Shown here: positions 33,049 through 56,162 of the stretch, piece after piece
How positions within the stretch are numbered: the first letter of the stretch is position 1
How the letters are laid out: every line of letters starts with the position of its first letter
DNA from: the human T2T-CHM13v2.0 reference genome, Homo sapiens
Reading direction: 5' to 3' (one strand)
NCBI RefSeq assembly: GCF_009914755.1
Contig: NC_060943.1
DNA: 64,000 nt
The notes under the pieces: model-generated
Database searches by the model: none
What the model was told of the DNA's origin: nothing
The model's input: the letters and a program-made list of their open reading frames with translations, nothing else
Program-made: the position numbers and the translations under genes

Positions 33049-33362
33049 GGCTGGGCGCGGTGGCTCACACCTGTAATCCCGTAATCCCAGCACTTTGGGA
33101 GGCTGGGGCAGGTGGATCACGAGGTCAGGAGTTTGAGACCAGTCTGATCAACATGGTGAAACCCCATCTCTACTAAAAATACAAAAATTAGCCAGGCATG
33201 GCGGTGGGGGCCTGTAATCCCAGCTACTCTGGAGGCTACTCTGAGGCTGATGCAAGAGAATCCCTTGAACCCAAAAAGCAGAGGTTGCAGTGGGTTGAGA
33301 CCATGCCACTGCATTCCAGCCTGGGTAACAGAGTGAGACTCTGTCTCAAACAAACAAACAAA
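33049..33362 (+). mobile_element. Alu nested in L1, with two small internal duplications
   Basis: gtaatccc x2 and gctactctg(g)ag x2; TSD aaaatt(t/c)aacat(t/c)cctt. Confidence 0.95.
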
Positions 33363-34364
33363 ATTCAACATCCCTTCATGTTAACAACTCTCAATAAACT
33401 AAGTATTGAAAAATCATACCTCAAAATAATAAGAGCTATTTATGACAAACCCGCAGCCAATATCATACTGAATGGGCAAAACCTGGAAGAATTCTGGAAA
33501 ATCAGCACTAGACAAAATGCCCTCTCTCACCACTCCTATTCAACGTAGTATTTTAAGTTCTGACCAGAAAAATCAGGTCAAAGAAAGAAATAAAGGGTAT
33601 TCAAATAGGAAGAGAGGAAGTCACATTGTCTCTGCAGATGACATGATGCTATATCTAGAAAATCCCATTGTCTCAGCCCAAAAGCTCCTTAAGCTAATAA
33701 GCAACTTCAGCAAAGTCTCTAGATACAAAATCAATGTGGAAAAATCACAAGTACCAACAATAAACAAGCAGATTGTGAAATCATGCATGAACTCCCATTC
33801 ACAATTGCTACAAAGAAAATAAAATACCTAGGAATACAGCTAACAAGGGATGTGAAGGACCTCTTCAAAAAGGACTACAAACTACTGCTCAAAGAAATAA
33901 GAGAGGACAAAAACAAATGGAAAAAATTTCATCCTCATGGATAGGAAGAAGCAATATTATGAAAATGGCTGTACTTCCCAAAGTAATTTATACATTCAGT
34001 GCTATTCCCATCAAACTACCACTGATGTTCTTCACAGAACTAGGAAAAACTACTTTAATATTCATGTGGAACCAAAAAAGAGCCTGTATAGCCAAGAAAA
34101 TTCTAAGTGAAAAGAACAACGCTAGAGGCATCATGCTACTTGACTTCAAACTATACAACAAGGCTATAGTAACCAAAGCAGCATGGTACTGGTAAAAAGA
34201 AAAACAGACACATTGACCAGTGAAACAAAATAGAGACCTCAGAAATAAGACCACACGTCTACAACCATGTGGTATTTGACAAACCTGATAGAAACAAGCA
34301 ATGGGGAAAATATTCCCTATTTAATAAATGATGCTGGAAAAAAATAAAGTCAGAAAAACTAACC

Positions 34365-35119
<755 letters not shown>

Positions 35120-35394
35120 CCACAGAGAATAAACTATAATTTTTTTTTAATGTTTGTAAAGCTCTAATTGCATAGCAGATTTCTGGAAGTCAGTTTCCAG
35201 AATCCAAGGCTAATCCCTAAGCATTTTATACATTTCTTTCTGCATTGATTATAAAATTCAGGTTTCCCAACAGAAATGGAAAAAAATAAAGCATGAATAA
35301 CAATGAGATAGCACACAATTATGATAATGGCAATCATGAAAAGAAAAATTTCAAAGACCGTCAATGAAAATTTGGATTAAATAGATCTAGAAAT

Positions 35395-38230
<2,836 letters not shown>

Positions 38231-38545
38231 TTATTCTGTGGAGTCACTCATGCTAAATGTGATATAAACTAAAAATGTAAGGAAATAGGTGATCCTAAAG
38301 CAGTTCGGGTTTTGTTTTCTTCTGTAAACAGCAGATTTTAACACAAGGAGTTCCTTTCTACTGTAATTCTTTTTAAAAATAATAACCTGAAGTCCTTGTT
38401 TTTACTTTACAAAACCCACAGTTCTGCTATTTCACAGTGGGATTTGAGACTAAATAAGTATACTTTTGATGGTAACTGATGCTATCAATGTCTAAAGTTT
38501 GGGTCTGTCTCTCAAAATTGGGAAGATGACCAAAAAGGAGAAATT

Positions 38546-38946
38546 ATTAAATCAATTATAGCCTAAAGCTGCCTTCTTTTCTGTTTAATTTTTGTCAATA
38601 GGTTCTCTGTACATAGCAAACTGAAACCTAACTTGATATGTAAATAGACTGTAACCCACTCTTGTACCAACTACTGTGTTTTTGGCAATAAAAGGACATC
38701 AGCTGTTTAAACCATGTTCGAGTAAGGCAAATCTCAAGCTGTAATCAATCTGGCTGTTTCTGTATCTCACCCCCATTTTCTGTATGTCACTTTGCTTTTT
38801 CTGTCCATAAATCTTTTTCCACCATGTGGCTATGCTGCAGTCTCTCTGAGCCTACTCTGGCTCCACAGGCTGCCCAATTTGCAAATCATTCTTTGCCCAT
38901 TTAAACTCTTTAAATTTAATTTTTCTACAGTATTTTCATTTTAAAA
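38546..38946 (+). mobile_element. MER57-family LTR preceded by a polypurine tract and internal remnant
   Basis: ttaaatcaattatagcctaaagctgcc...ctgtccataaatc...ttaaactctttaaatttaatttt; preceded by accaaaaaggagaaa. Confidence 0.78.
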
Positions 38947-39066
38947 GTTTTCCATTTTATTCTATGATGAAAAATAAATAATCTGTTGTTGGCATTTGAT
39001 TTTCTAAACTTATCCATCACCTACAAATATAAAGTATTCTTTGTCTTTTTAAAATCCTTCTGCAAT

Positions 39067-39378
39067 TTCTTTCTTTCTTTTTCTTTCTTTTTTTCTGAGA
39101 CAAGGTCTTACTCTATCACCCAGGCTGGAGTGCAGTGGTGTATCCAAACATGGCTCACTGCAGCTTGACCTTCCAGGCTGAAGTGATCCTTCTGCTTCTG
39201 CATCTGCCACCTGAGTAGCTGGGGTTACAGGCATGCACCACCATGTCTGGCTAATTTTTAAATTTTTATTCATGAAGACAGATTCTTACTATGTTGGCTG
39301 AACTTGAACTCGAGCTCACGTTATTCTCCCATGTCAGCCTCCCAAAATGCTAGGATTACAGGTGTGAGCCACTGTGCA
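39067..39378 (-). mobile_element. AluJ-like
   Basis: ggctcactgcagcttgacct; TSD cttctgcaa(a)ttct. Confidence 0.9.
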
Positions 39379-39452
39379 CTTCTGCAAATTCTTGACAGGA
39401 TTATTCCCAATGATAAACAGTACTATATTGGCACAAATGTAAAAGGAATGTA

Positions 39453-39765
39453 GGCTGGCTGCAGTGGCTCACGCTAGTAATCCCAGAACCCTGGGAGGCC
39501 GAGGCAGGCAGATTACTTGAGGTCAGGAGTTTGAGATCAGCCTGGCCAACATGGTGAAACCTGTCTTTACTAAAAATACAAAAATGAGTCAGGTGTGATG
39601 GCAAGCACCTGAAATCCCAGCTACTTGAAAGGCTGTGGCAGGAGAATTAATTGAACATGGGAGGAGGATGTTACACTGAGCCAAAATTACACTACTGCAC
39701 TCCGGCCTGGGTGACAGAGTGAGACCCCATCTCAAAAGAAGTTAAATAGATTAATAAAACTAAAA
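39453..39765 (+). mobile_element. Alu (AluS-like)
   Basis: Full dimer; TSD taaaaggaat(g/c)t. Confidence 0.92.
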
Positions 39766-39859
39766 TAAAAGGAATCTGGCCTCTATCGTAGAAGTGTCAC
39801 TCTCCAGGATTTCAAGGGTCTAGGGCAGCTACTTTAGTAGTGTCATCTATGGAGGTGGA

Positions 39860-39975
39860 TGGGCTTTGGAGTCTGACAGAGTTGATCCTGAGTCTCAGCC
39901 CAGCCACTTAGTAGCTGTGTGTCTTTGGACAAGATTCTTGATGTGAAAGAGTTCTATAAACCACATATGCAAAAT
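39860..39975 (+). mobile_element. MIR fragment
   Basis: gggctttggagtctgacaga...cccagccacttagtagctgtgtgtctttggacaag. Confidence 0.65.
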
Positions 39976-40009
39976 AAAAAAAAAAAAAAGCAGAATGACA
40001 CTGATTTCA

Positions 40010-41445
40010 AAAATGGTAGCAATTTCTAGTTTTTTCTGTATCCATGCCCATTGCCAGGTGCTTTTAAAGCTGTTCCCATCAAGATCCAGGATGTTTTCCA
40101 AACCCTAGATTTTGCTGGCCTTATTCACTCAGGGCAGTAGAAACCTGTGAACATGACAATGTAACAGTTTGAGGCCTAGGCTCATGTGGGGAAAAGCAAG
40201 AGAGATCAGATTGTCACTGTGTCTGTGTAGAAAGAAATAGACATGGGAGACTCCATTTTGTTATGTACTAAGAAAAATTCTTCTGCCTTGAGAGTCTGTG
40301 ACCTTACCCCCAACCCCGTGCTCTCTGAAACATGTGCTGTGTCAAACTCAGGGTTAAATGGATTAAGGGCGGTGCAAGATGTGCTTTGTTAAACAGATGC
40401 TTGGAGTCATCACCACTCCCTAATCTCAAGTACCCAGGGACACAAACACTGCGGAAGGCCGCAGGGACCTCTGCCTAGGAAAGCCAGGTATTGTCCAAGG
40501 TTTCTCCCCATGTGATAGTCTGAAATATGGCCTCGTGGGAAGGGAAAGACCTGACCGTCCCCCAGCCCGACACCCGTAAAGGGTCTGTGCTGAGGAGGAT
40601 TAGTACAAGAGGAAGGCACGCCTCTTGCAGTTGAGACAAGAGGAAGGCATCTGTCTCCTGCCCGTCCCTGGGCAATGGAATGTCTCGGTATAAAACCCGA
40701 TTGTACATTCCATCTACTGAGATAGGGAAAAACCACCTTAGGGCTGGAGGTGGGACATGCGGGCAGCAATACTGCTTTGTAAAGCATTGAGATGTTTATG
40801 TGTATGCATATCTAAAAGCACAGCACTTAATCCTTTACCTTGTCTATGATGCAAAGACCTTTGTTCACGTGTTTGTCTGCTGACCCTCTCCCCACAATTG
40901 TCTTGTGACCCTGACACATCCCCCTCTCGGAGAAACACCCACGAATGATCAATAAATACTAAGGGAACTCAGAGGCTGGCGGGATCCTCCATATGCTGAA
41001 CACTGGTTCCCCGGGTCCCCTTATTTCTTTCTCTATACTTTGTCTCTGTGTCTTTTTCTTTCCTAAGTCTCTCATTCCACCTTACGAGAAACACCCACAG
41101 GTGTGGAGGGGCAACCCACCCCTTCAGCTCAAAAGGTCTTGAATGCTTCTGTTTTTCTTTCAGAATGCTACCATTTCCATGAAAAATGGCCGATGTTAGC
41201 AAGCTGGAGGATAAGATACCATGGGGAGGAGAAGCAAGGTGCCCCTGTTGACAGCCCCAGAAGCAGAAGCTCATCCCCAGAAGCACAGCTGCCTATTCAA
41301 CAAACAGCTGAAGATACATGTCTGGAGGAGCTCAGCTGAGACAAAAAGAACAGCCTCACTGAGCCCAGCCTAAATAGCTGACCATCTCAATTATGGGCAA
41401 ATAAGTTTTGAATGATTTGTTATGCTGCAATAGCTAATTAATACA
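40010..41445 (+). mobile_element. MLT1-type MaLR LTR split by the LTR5_Hs insertion
   Basis: tgaggcctaggctca|aaaggtcttg is continuous across the TSD; ends ctgagcccagcctaaat...gatttgttatgctgcaatagctaattaataca. Confidence 0.65.
40185..41126 (+). mobile_element. Solo HERV-K(HML-2) LTR, LTR5_Hs type
   Basis: TGTGGGGAAAAGCAAGAGAGATCAGATTG...GGGGCAACCCACCCCTTCA, 942 bp; TSD GCTCA (40180-40184 and 41127-41131); TATAAAA at 40689; AATAAA at 40951; the LTR5_Hs-type block gagatgtttatgtgtatgcatatctaaaagcacagc is present. Confidence 0.95.
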
Positions 41446-42012
41446 TGCACCCAGTGCAGACAGGATGCCAGGATTCATTGACAAGTTGATTACTAGTTCT
41501 CTTCTAACAGTGGGCACCCTATAGGTACTGATTTTTCCCCCTGATTTGAAGTTGGATGCCAAGTAAGAGAATGCTGAGTAATGCAGAAATATATATGGAT
41601 ATGTATGCATGTAATTGGTGCCTATACTCACACAGTCCCCCATACCACAGGAGAAAACAGATAACCACGGCCTGACATTAGGGCCAAGGACAAATAGAAA
41701 AGTAAGTTTGCCTTTAATCTGTTTTCTTCATATCTAAACATTGGAGGTCAAGACTGTGCACAGGTTTGAAGACATAGAGATTTCTTCTCCTGTGGCCTTA
41801 TCATCCTTTGTTCACCTTCTGATCTCTGGAAGAAAGGTGGAAAATGGGTGGCCAGCAGTGGTCTACCTGTGGTTGTTTTTTTCTTGCTGTCCTCTGATTT
41901 TTCTATGGCTACTATCTGTTCCTCCCTCAGAGCTGAAGAGAAATGTTGGTAGGGAAAGGCTCTTTTTTCAGCTTTGGCAGAAAAGTTTTTTCAGGCCCTT
42001 CGCTCCCGAGGT

Positions 42013-42327
42013 CAGAGCTGCACTTCAATGTGGCAGCTACTGGCCATGTGTGGCGACTGAGTGCCTGGAATGTGGCTGGTCTAAACTGTGATATGCTGGA
42101 AAGGTAAAATACAGAGTTAGTTTCAAAGATGAAGTTCCAAAAAATATCTACACTTCATTTATAATTTACATTTTGCTTACATATTAAAATGATAATATTT
42201 TGGATATACTGGTTTAATTAAATTGCTACAATAAATACCGCATTTTTTGTTTGTTTTTCTTTTTAAAGTTTGGCTACTAGAAAATTTAAAATTCACATGT
42301 AGCTCACATTTTATTTCAGAGGATTGC
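42013..42327. mobile_element. MER33/MER3-like hAT DNA transposon remnant
   Basis: cagagctgcacttcaatgtggcagctactggccatgtgtggc...ggctactagaaaatttaaaattcacatgtagctcacatt. Confidence 0.75.
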
Positions 42328-42546
42328 CTTCTTTTTAAAATCTCAGGCAATCTGATGGAAAAAACAGAAGTCAGGGAGGTCATAAAATCAGAAATTTTTA
42401 GATAATTTTTATTATATTCTTTTCATTTGTGTATAACCATATAATACATTATTTACGAAAGAATATGACCTTATACAAAAGGTTAAATGCAAATACCCTC
42501 TGGGGTTGGCCTGGCTTACTTAGCTCAGGGAAGAAGCCCTGCCTGA

Positions 42547-42884
<338 letters not shown>

Positions 42885-42929
42885 TATCAGTCTTCATTCT
42901 GTCCAGCATCTGATCACATCTTTTGTCAC

Positions 42930-43520
42930 TCAGGATCTGAGGAGGCGGGGATTTAAGAATTATCCAATCAGGGACTCTGGGCTAGGAACCGTCCAATCAG
43001 GCATGCAGCTGGAGCGGAAAAGGCGGCATCCGAGATGTGGCGGGGCCGTTGTTTCTCGTTGCAGCCGCAGTTCCCGGTCTCGCCTTCACTGCTGTGTGTC
43101 CTCAGCCTCTGTGGCCCTGTAACCTGCGGCATTGGAAGATCCACAGCTAACATGCCAGGTGCCCCTGGCAGCCTAGAAATGGTGAGAGTGCCGGGTCCGA
43201 CATCCCGAGAAGGGGAAGGGGCTGATTGGAACCGGTGGGAAGTGGCTGTGGCGGGACTCCGGCCTCCCCGCAGTCAGCTCCACAATCTGCGCCTGGAGTT
43301 CTTTCCCATCTCGGCCTCAGTCTCCTTCAGCCATAAGATGGCGAATGCGCTGACTGCGGGACCCTGGGCGACCTGTCTCCTCCATGCGCTGTGACTGTGC
43401 CCTGGCCTGGAGCCCTCTCTGGGCCGCTCTGCACCCGCATGGCCGCGTCTCTCCGAGATTGTGCAGGGACCACGGGAGGGGCGTCAGGGGAGAATCCTGA
43501 CTCCGGATGCGGGTTCATGA
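42930..43520 (+). promoter_or_regulatory. ZNF729: ZNF729 promoter / exon 1 CpG island
   Basis: CCAAT boxes at 42964 and 42993, GC boxes (ggcggg), YY1-type AAGATGGCG at 43335-43343 and high CpG; this layout is typical of ZNF91-family promoters. Confidence 0.85.
43152..43181 (+). CDS. ZNF729: ZNF729 coding exon 1 (MPGAPGSLEM)
   Basis: aacATGCCAGGTGCCCCTGGCAGCCTAGAAATG|gtgaga donor; phase 0 joins the KRAB-A exon across a 17,210-bp intron. Confidence 0.92.
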
Positions 43521-43888
43521 ATGGGAAGAGCTTTGGTCCAGTGAGGTTTCCAGTCCCTCTTTTCTTCTGTTAAAAATTTATGGCGGTCACCACTAAAGTA
43601 ATAAATAATTTAATCAAAGTGATTCAAAAATTGTAGAGCACCCAGCTATGGTTTGTAGTTTATGGTCTATGGAAGGGATTTGACGGAAAGATTTTTTTAA
43701 GGTGCACAATGAAGAAAACCAAATTCAGTAATTGGTTATGTACAGTTACGTAGTTTCTCAGTTTGTACAATCAAGATGGAAATTTCCCGTTTATATAATC
43801 AGAGGTTAATTGTAGTTTATAGTTGGTTAAGCCTGAGTTTTGTTTCCCCCAATGTATAATTTACAAAAAAAAAAATGCACTTGAATTA

Positions 43889-44192
<304 letters not shown>

Positions 44193-44474
44193 GAATTAGA
44201 TTTTTTAAAAAGTAGATATCAGGGACTAGAGCCACCTCAGTCTAATTGCCTGCCACTTAATTATTCTTAATTATTTTCACACTCCTCGGAGGACTGATTT
44301 TTTTTTTTTTTCCCTTGCATTTTTTACAGGTATCCCAAGGAGAGTATTATGTGTACTCCCAAACCCCCATTCCTGCAGCCTATCTCTGGCTTGCAGTAAA
44401 ATATAAAATTTCCAGTTCATTGTTACCTTCCCAAATGTCAATTTTTTCCTCTCTGATTCACATTACTATTTGTC

Positions 44475-44770
44475 CTTTTTTTTTTTTTTTGAGATGGAGT
44501 CTCGCTCTGTTGCCCAACCTGGAGTGTGGTGTCCTGATCTTGGCTCACCACAACCTCCGCCTTCCGGGTTCAAGCAATTCTCCTGCCTCAACCTCCTGAG
44601 TAGCTGGGACTACAGGCATGTGCCACCATGCCTGGCTACTTTTTGTATTTTTAGTAGAGACAGAGTTTCACTATGTTGGCCAGGCTGGTCTCGAACTCCT
44701 GACCTTGTGATCTGCTCGCCTCAGCTTCCCAAAGTGCTGGGATTACAGGCGTGAGTCACCGTGCCCAGCC
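44475..44770 (-). mobile_element. Alu
   Basis: TSD tactatttgtccttt. Confidence 0.95.
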
Positions 44771-45854
44771 TACTATTTGTCCTTTAGTGTACATTTTTGA
44801 TACCATGTTTTAATTATTTTTTAACAAAGCATTGGATGGCACTTTTCCTAATATTTGTTTTCTGTTTGTAAATATTTCCCATGAGAAGAAAGCAAAAAAT
44901 TATCCCCTGACACTGCGTTGTAAAAAGTCTTTGTACTGTTTTTTTTTTTTTTTTTCCTCCTAGGCCCACAGATTTTATCAGAATGTTTCGGGGGTAAATG
45001 TTTTCCTTTGGAAACTTTATGGAGTGATGTGTTTTCAGCCATTCTTCAGATTTTTTTCCTGGTCCTGGGTTTCAGTACTGTCTGGGAATTAACTAAAATA
45101 CCCCCCATGGCTATGTCTGCTAGAGTGTCTAGTGAATATCAGCTCCTGGTCATTTTCTCCCATGGGACAATCTGAGGTATGGAGTGTAGCCTTTCAGGGA
45201 AGCAGGCGGATGCCCTGGAATTGAGAGGAATCTCCTGGCATACTCTTCCTTTGAAAAGCTAACCCTTGAGACATTAAGATTGTCTTCACCCAACCCAGCT
45301 TCCAATTATTGAAGACCCAACCCAGCTTCCATTTCTTGCTGGTCAGCCAATCAGTTGCTGGTATTGCGGGAAAAAGCATTGAAATAATTTCTGCCCCCTG
45401 CATTCTCTAAGGGGGCAAAACAATAGGGAAAGAAATATAATGAAAAAATAGTGAAAGAAAAATAGTGCGAATCTTTGAAATCAAAAATAATATCCCAAAA
45501 GAAAAAAAAACAGTGATCCAGTGAGATGGTGTAAGAACTTGCAAAGTAAAATACATCTGGGGCACTCACTGGGGCTTAATTCAGAGTCTCCTGAGAAGGG
45601 GTTATTGGGCACTTAAGTGAGCAGAATGGAGTGGGAGAATCTCTCAAGTGATTGGATGGCCTGATTGAAACATGAGTCAGACACATCTGTACCTTGAAAA
45701 GATTTGGTCGCTTATTTTGACCTCAGTTTTTTTAACTGTGAATTGCATTTTGTTAGTAGGGATTGAAAGAAAGATAAGAAAATATTTACCAAGGGCAAAA
45801 AAGAGATGGATTTCAGAATAAAATTAATATTTAATTATATATTCCATTTGTTAA

Positions 45855-46151
<297 letters not shown>

Positions 46152-47494
46152 AAAAATTTGTATTTACCCTTTTCTCAGAATGAGTTTAGGAATTTTCTCT
46201 GGTTTGTTTTTTATGGCTGGGTGTTTTTAAACAATTTCAAGGCTTAACTTTTAGAATGCTACCAGGGAAAAAAATAGGAAAAATCTCTCTTCCATTTTGG
46301 CTTCAGAAAATGCACACATTTCCACAAGAAAATATGGTAGGTAATTGGTGAGTTATGTAGATTCATGAAAACATCAGTTCCTCTTTTTGCAGGGTAAATT
46401 TGTAACCGTGAATATCTCTATTCTATATCCTGTTATATTGCTGTCTGAGTTTCATGCTAAATTTTATGAGCTGAAACTTTGTACCCTCTAGAAGTGTTCC
46501 CATATGACTGTTTACTACATGATTTTTAATGGAAATAGTAAAATAATATTTATTGTCTGAAAGGAATAGATACTTTTGCTTATCTTACTGAGACATAAAA
46601 TGTAAGCACCTTAAAATTTTCTTCCCTTACATGTACACTGTGTTAGAGTAATTCTGCTGAATTTTTCAAACACTTACTTTCAAAAACCACATGAATAACT
46701 CTGACATGAAAATTAAAGCCTGAGCCTAGTGACTCTAAGCTAAGGCTAATACTGAGCCTGCAAAAGGAAGTTATTAAAGGACCACTTAGTTTTTTCTGGG
46801 GAGTCTTCTCTGCAGATATTCCAGCCTGCTCACCCCAGCCATGGAAGACGCCTTTATCCTGAGAGAAACTACATAGCCTTGGAAAGTTGGGGACCCACAG
46901 CCAGATGCAGTTAAGGTTAAGATGAAAGGGGATTGGGAGGGTCTTACTGAAGATGAAATTGTTATTGTTTTGTGGTAGTTTCTAGACTTTGTAAAGTAAA
47001 ACAAAGTTAGATTTATGTTGGAAAAAGAATTGAATTCCAAAAGAGTATTGCAAGAGGACGAAGTACCAACTCTGAGATCTTCAAGGATTGCAAAGTTTAG
47101 GCAGACAAGGGCCTTGTTTCATATGGAAGAGCAAACAGTATTAGGAGGTGGGAGGGGATGGCAAATGGAGGGTGAAAGAATGAGATTTTAGATCAGAGAA
47201 TGTTTTACCCTGAAGTCATCATGTTCTTAGGAACTACATAAAATGGGGTTGTATGTTGACTCAGACTGAGGGTAGCTTAAAGTTCAGAAAGCTGTTGAAA
47301 GGAAATAAACTTAAGTAATGTTTGATTAAGAAGTATTCTAGGTTGACCACTGAAAACAAATTCAGCTGATTTATTTATTTTTTTTAATGAGAAAAAAGAG
47401 ACAGTGTGCAGAGTCTGTGTCTGGCTATGTGACAGGTAAGAAAAGAGCACCATCTAAGTCATAATGGGAAGGGTATTTCTTTCTGACTTTTCCT

Positions 47495-47775
47495 GGATTG
47501 TATCTTTTCTAATAAACTGATAAATGTAACTAGGTTGTTTTCCTGAGTTCTGTGAGTAGCTGTATAATATTATTGAACTTGAAGAAGGTTATGAGAGTCC
47601 CCAGTTTTTAAACGGTAGCTCAGAAACAGATGGGTCTATGGGGTTTGTGACTGGCATCTGCAGTAAGAACAATGTTGTGAGACTGAGCCCTGAATCAGGG
47701 TCTGTGCTGACTCTGGGTGGTGTCAGAATTCAAATGTTAGGCAATGAGTTGGTGTTGGAGAATTGCTTGGTGTTT
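47495..47775 (+). mobile_element. MER21-like LTR 3' fragment
   Basis: aataaactgataaatgtaa...ttcctgagttctgtgagt...tgtgactggcatctg...gtgtcagaatt...ttggtgttggagaattgcttggtg. Confidence 0.55.
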
Positions 47776-48352
47776 ACCAAGCTCTACAAATTTGGTTCCA
47801 GATAAAAGATATCACAGAGGCCTGGTCTGGAATGGATCTCTGGGTGTCTGGGAATGGGAGGCTCTGCTTTTCTCTACACAGGCCATCACACTGCCCATTA
47901 TCCTGTGATTTCAGATCTCCTCCCGGGGTGAGAGAGGATAAAAACTTAGAGTAAAAAAGTTCTGATAACAGACCCCCTTTTTCCACTGCTGCCACCACAG
48001 GATTCCCACCTTCTTACAAACATATCCACTAGACATTGACTTGTCCACACCCCTCGTAGGAATAGGTACCACCCCCAGCAATTTCACTACGGCATTTTTG
48101 ATCCTAGTGTTTCTTGCCAAAAACTCACAAAAGTGTCTACAAGTCTCCTGGCATATCCCAACCCCCAGACACTGAATCTGCAGCAGCAACCTGTTTTCTC
48201 CACCAACCTGGGGTTCTGGACAACCTGTTCATAATCTCATCTGCCTGCATGGACCCAGAAATTAATCAGAGTAGAGTCACACCTGGGCCACTATCTGTAG
48301 CACAAACCAGTCCTTCCACCTGCATTGCCCTCTCCCCAACCCATAAAGTTCT

Positions 48353-48659
<307 letters not shown>

Positions 48660-48665
48660 AGCGAG

Positions 48666-53880
<5,215 letters not shown>

Positions 53881-54340
53881 TTTATGTGTACCAATACATT
53901 TTTTATAACACCTTTTTCTCTTCTGTTTTTTTTTTTCCCATAAGCATATTTTCAAGTGCACACAGTGTGCCCAAGGATACTCCTTAGATTTTGAGTGTCT
54001 GCTGAAATTCAGATGTCCAAGAATTTAAGAATATATCAAAAGACCTGGCTTTTGTAGGAGAAAATACAAATTAGAAATAAGAGGATTTATTCTCCTATAG
54101 GAAAATAAGAAAATATATTTTGCTTATCTTTTTTAAAGCATTTAGATTTTATGTAGATATTTTTCTCTACTTTTTTGAAATATATATAAATCATATTAAA
54201 ACAAAATGAACCTCTTATTATTCTTTGTGACTCAGGATTCTTTTTATTTAGATTCATTGCTTTGTTTTTGCTTTGGTGTAGATATATATATATATATATG
54301 GTCTTTAAAGGAGACAAAGATTTGTTTAGATTAAAGCTCA

Positions 54341-54661
<321 letters not shown>

Positions 54662-55155
54662 CACAAAACATTGAGCACAAAGATAGGATGAAATTTAGCA
54701 ATACAGAATGATAAAAGCTGAAAGATACTGAGTACATTTCTTTGACAGAAAACCGATTATACAAGGTATTAGCATAGTTACGTGTAGTGTTTGTAGACAA
54801 CCTGCATTCATATAAATTAAACAGCATTTTCTTCAGTAGTATGAATATAAGGCCAAAACATTTACTTTGACTGAATACTCATTAAATAGTCATTTTAATA
54901 TTGCTGTTCATACTTTTGAAACATATAAAGTATATATACATATAAAAAATATAGTGTTTTAACTGAATTATGGCTACAGACAATTTAAAAAATTCTTACA
55001 TGCCTTATATCTAATACATTAGTTATTTATACTTAGATATTTATTTCTAATATCCAAATAAAATTTACTACCAAATTGCTAAAGTAGATATTAGTCTGAC
55101 ATGTTTATTAACTTATCTAATAGGGATAACTATAGGTAAGCATAATTACAGTGTC

Positions 55156-55511
<356 letters not shown>

Positions 55512-55858
55512 TGATGTGGCCACCGCAAAACCATAATAGCTCTTTAGTTAGCTATGTGGCAAGCTTAAATACATTCCACTATATGAACAAAGTCAGATTA
55601 TACATCTTCATCAAAAGTGCTGGTGGAAATTGTGAGATGTATTTCAATATATAACCCCCCATTCAATGGCTAGGAGATGAGAGAGCAGCAGAGATGGAAG
55701 AGAAATCTTATAAAATTCTGCTGAGAATATATCCCTTTTCTTCATAATGCTCATGTTTCTCATGCTGAGAGTAGCTGTGCACTTTGGTTGTTTAGAGAGA
55801 AATTCCTTTTAAGAGAATATTTTCTGGCTGACTTGATCAATCTTATATCTAAATTGAG

Positions 55859-56162
<304 letters not shown>

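Noticed and set aside
40185-41126. HERV-K provirus or SVA SINE-R
   Set aside because: No PBS or gag follows, the TSD flanks a single complete LTR, and there is no VNTR or poly(A); it is a solo LTR.
43182-43394. Continuation of the exon 1 ORF beyond MPGAPGSLEM
   Set aside because: It lies past a strong donor (ATG|gtgaga) and is intronic.
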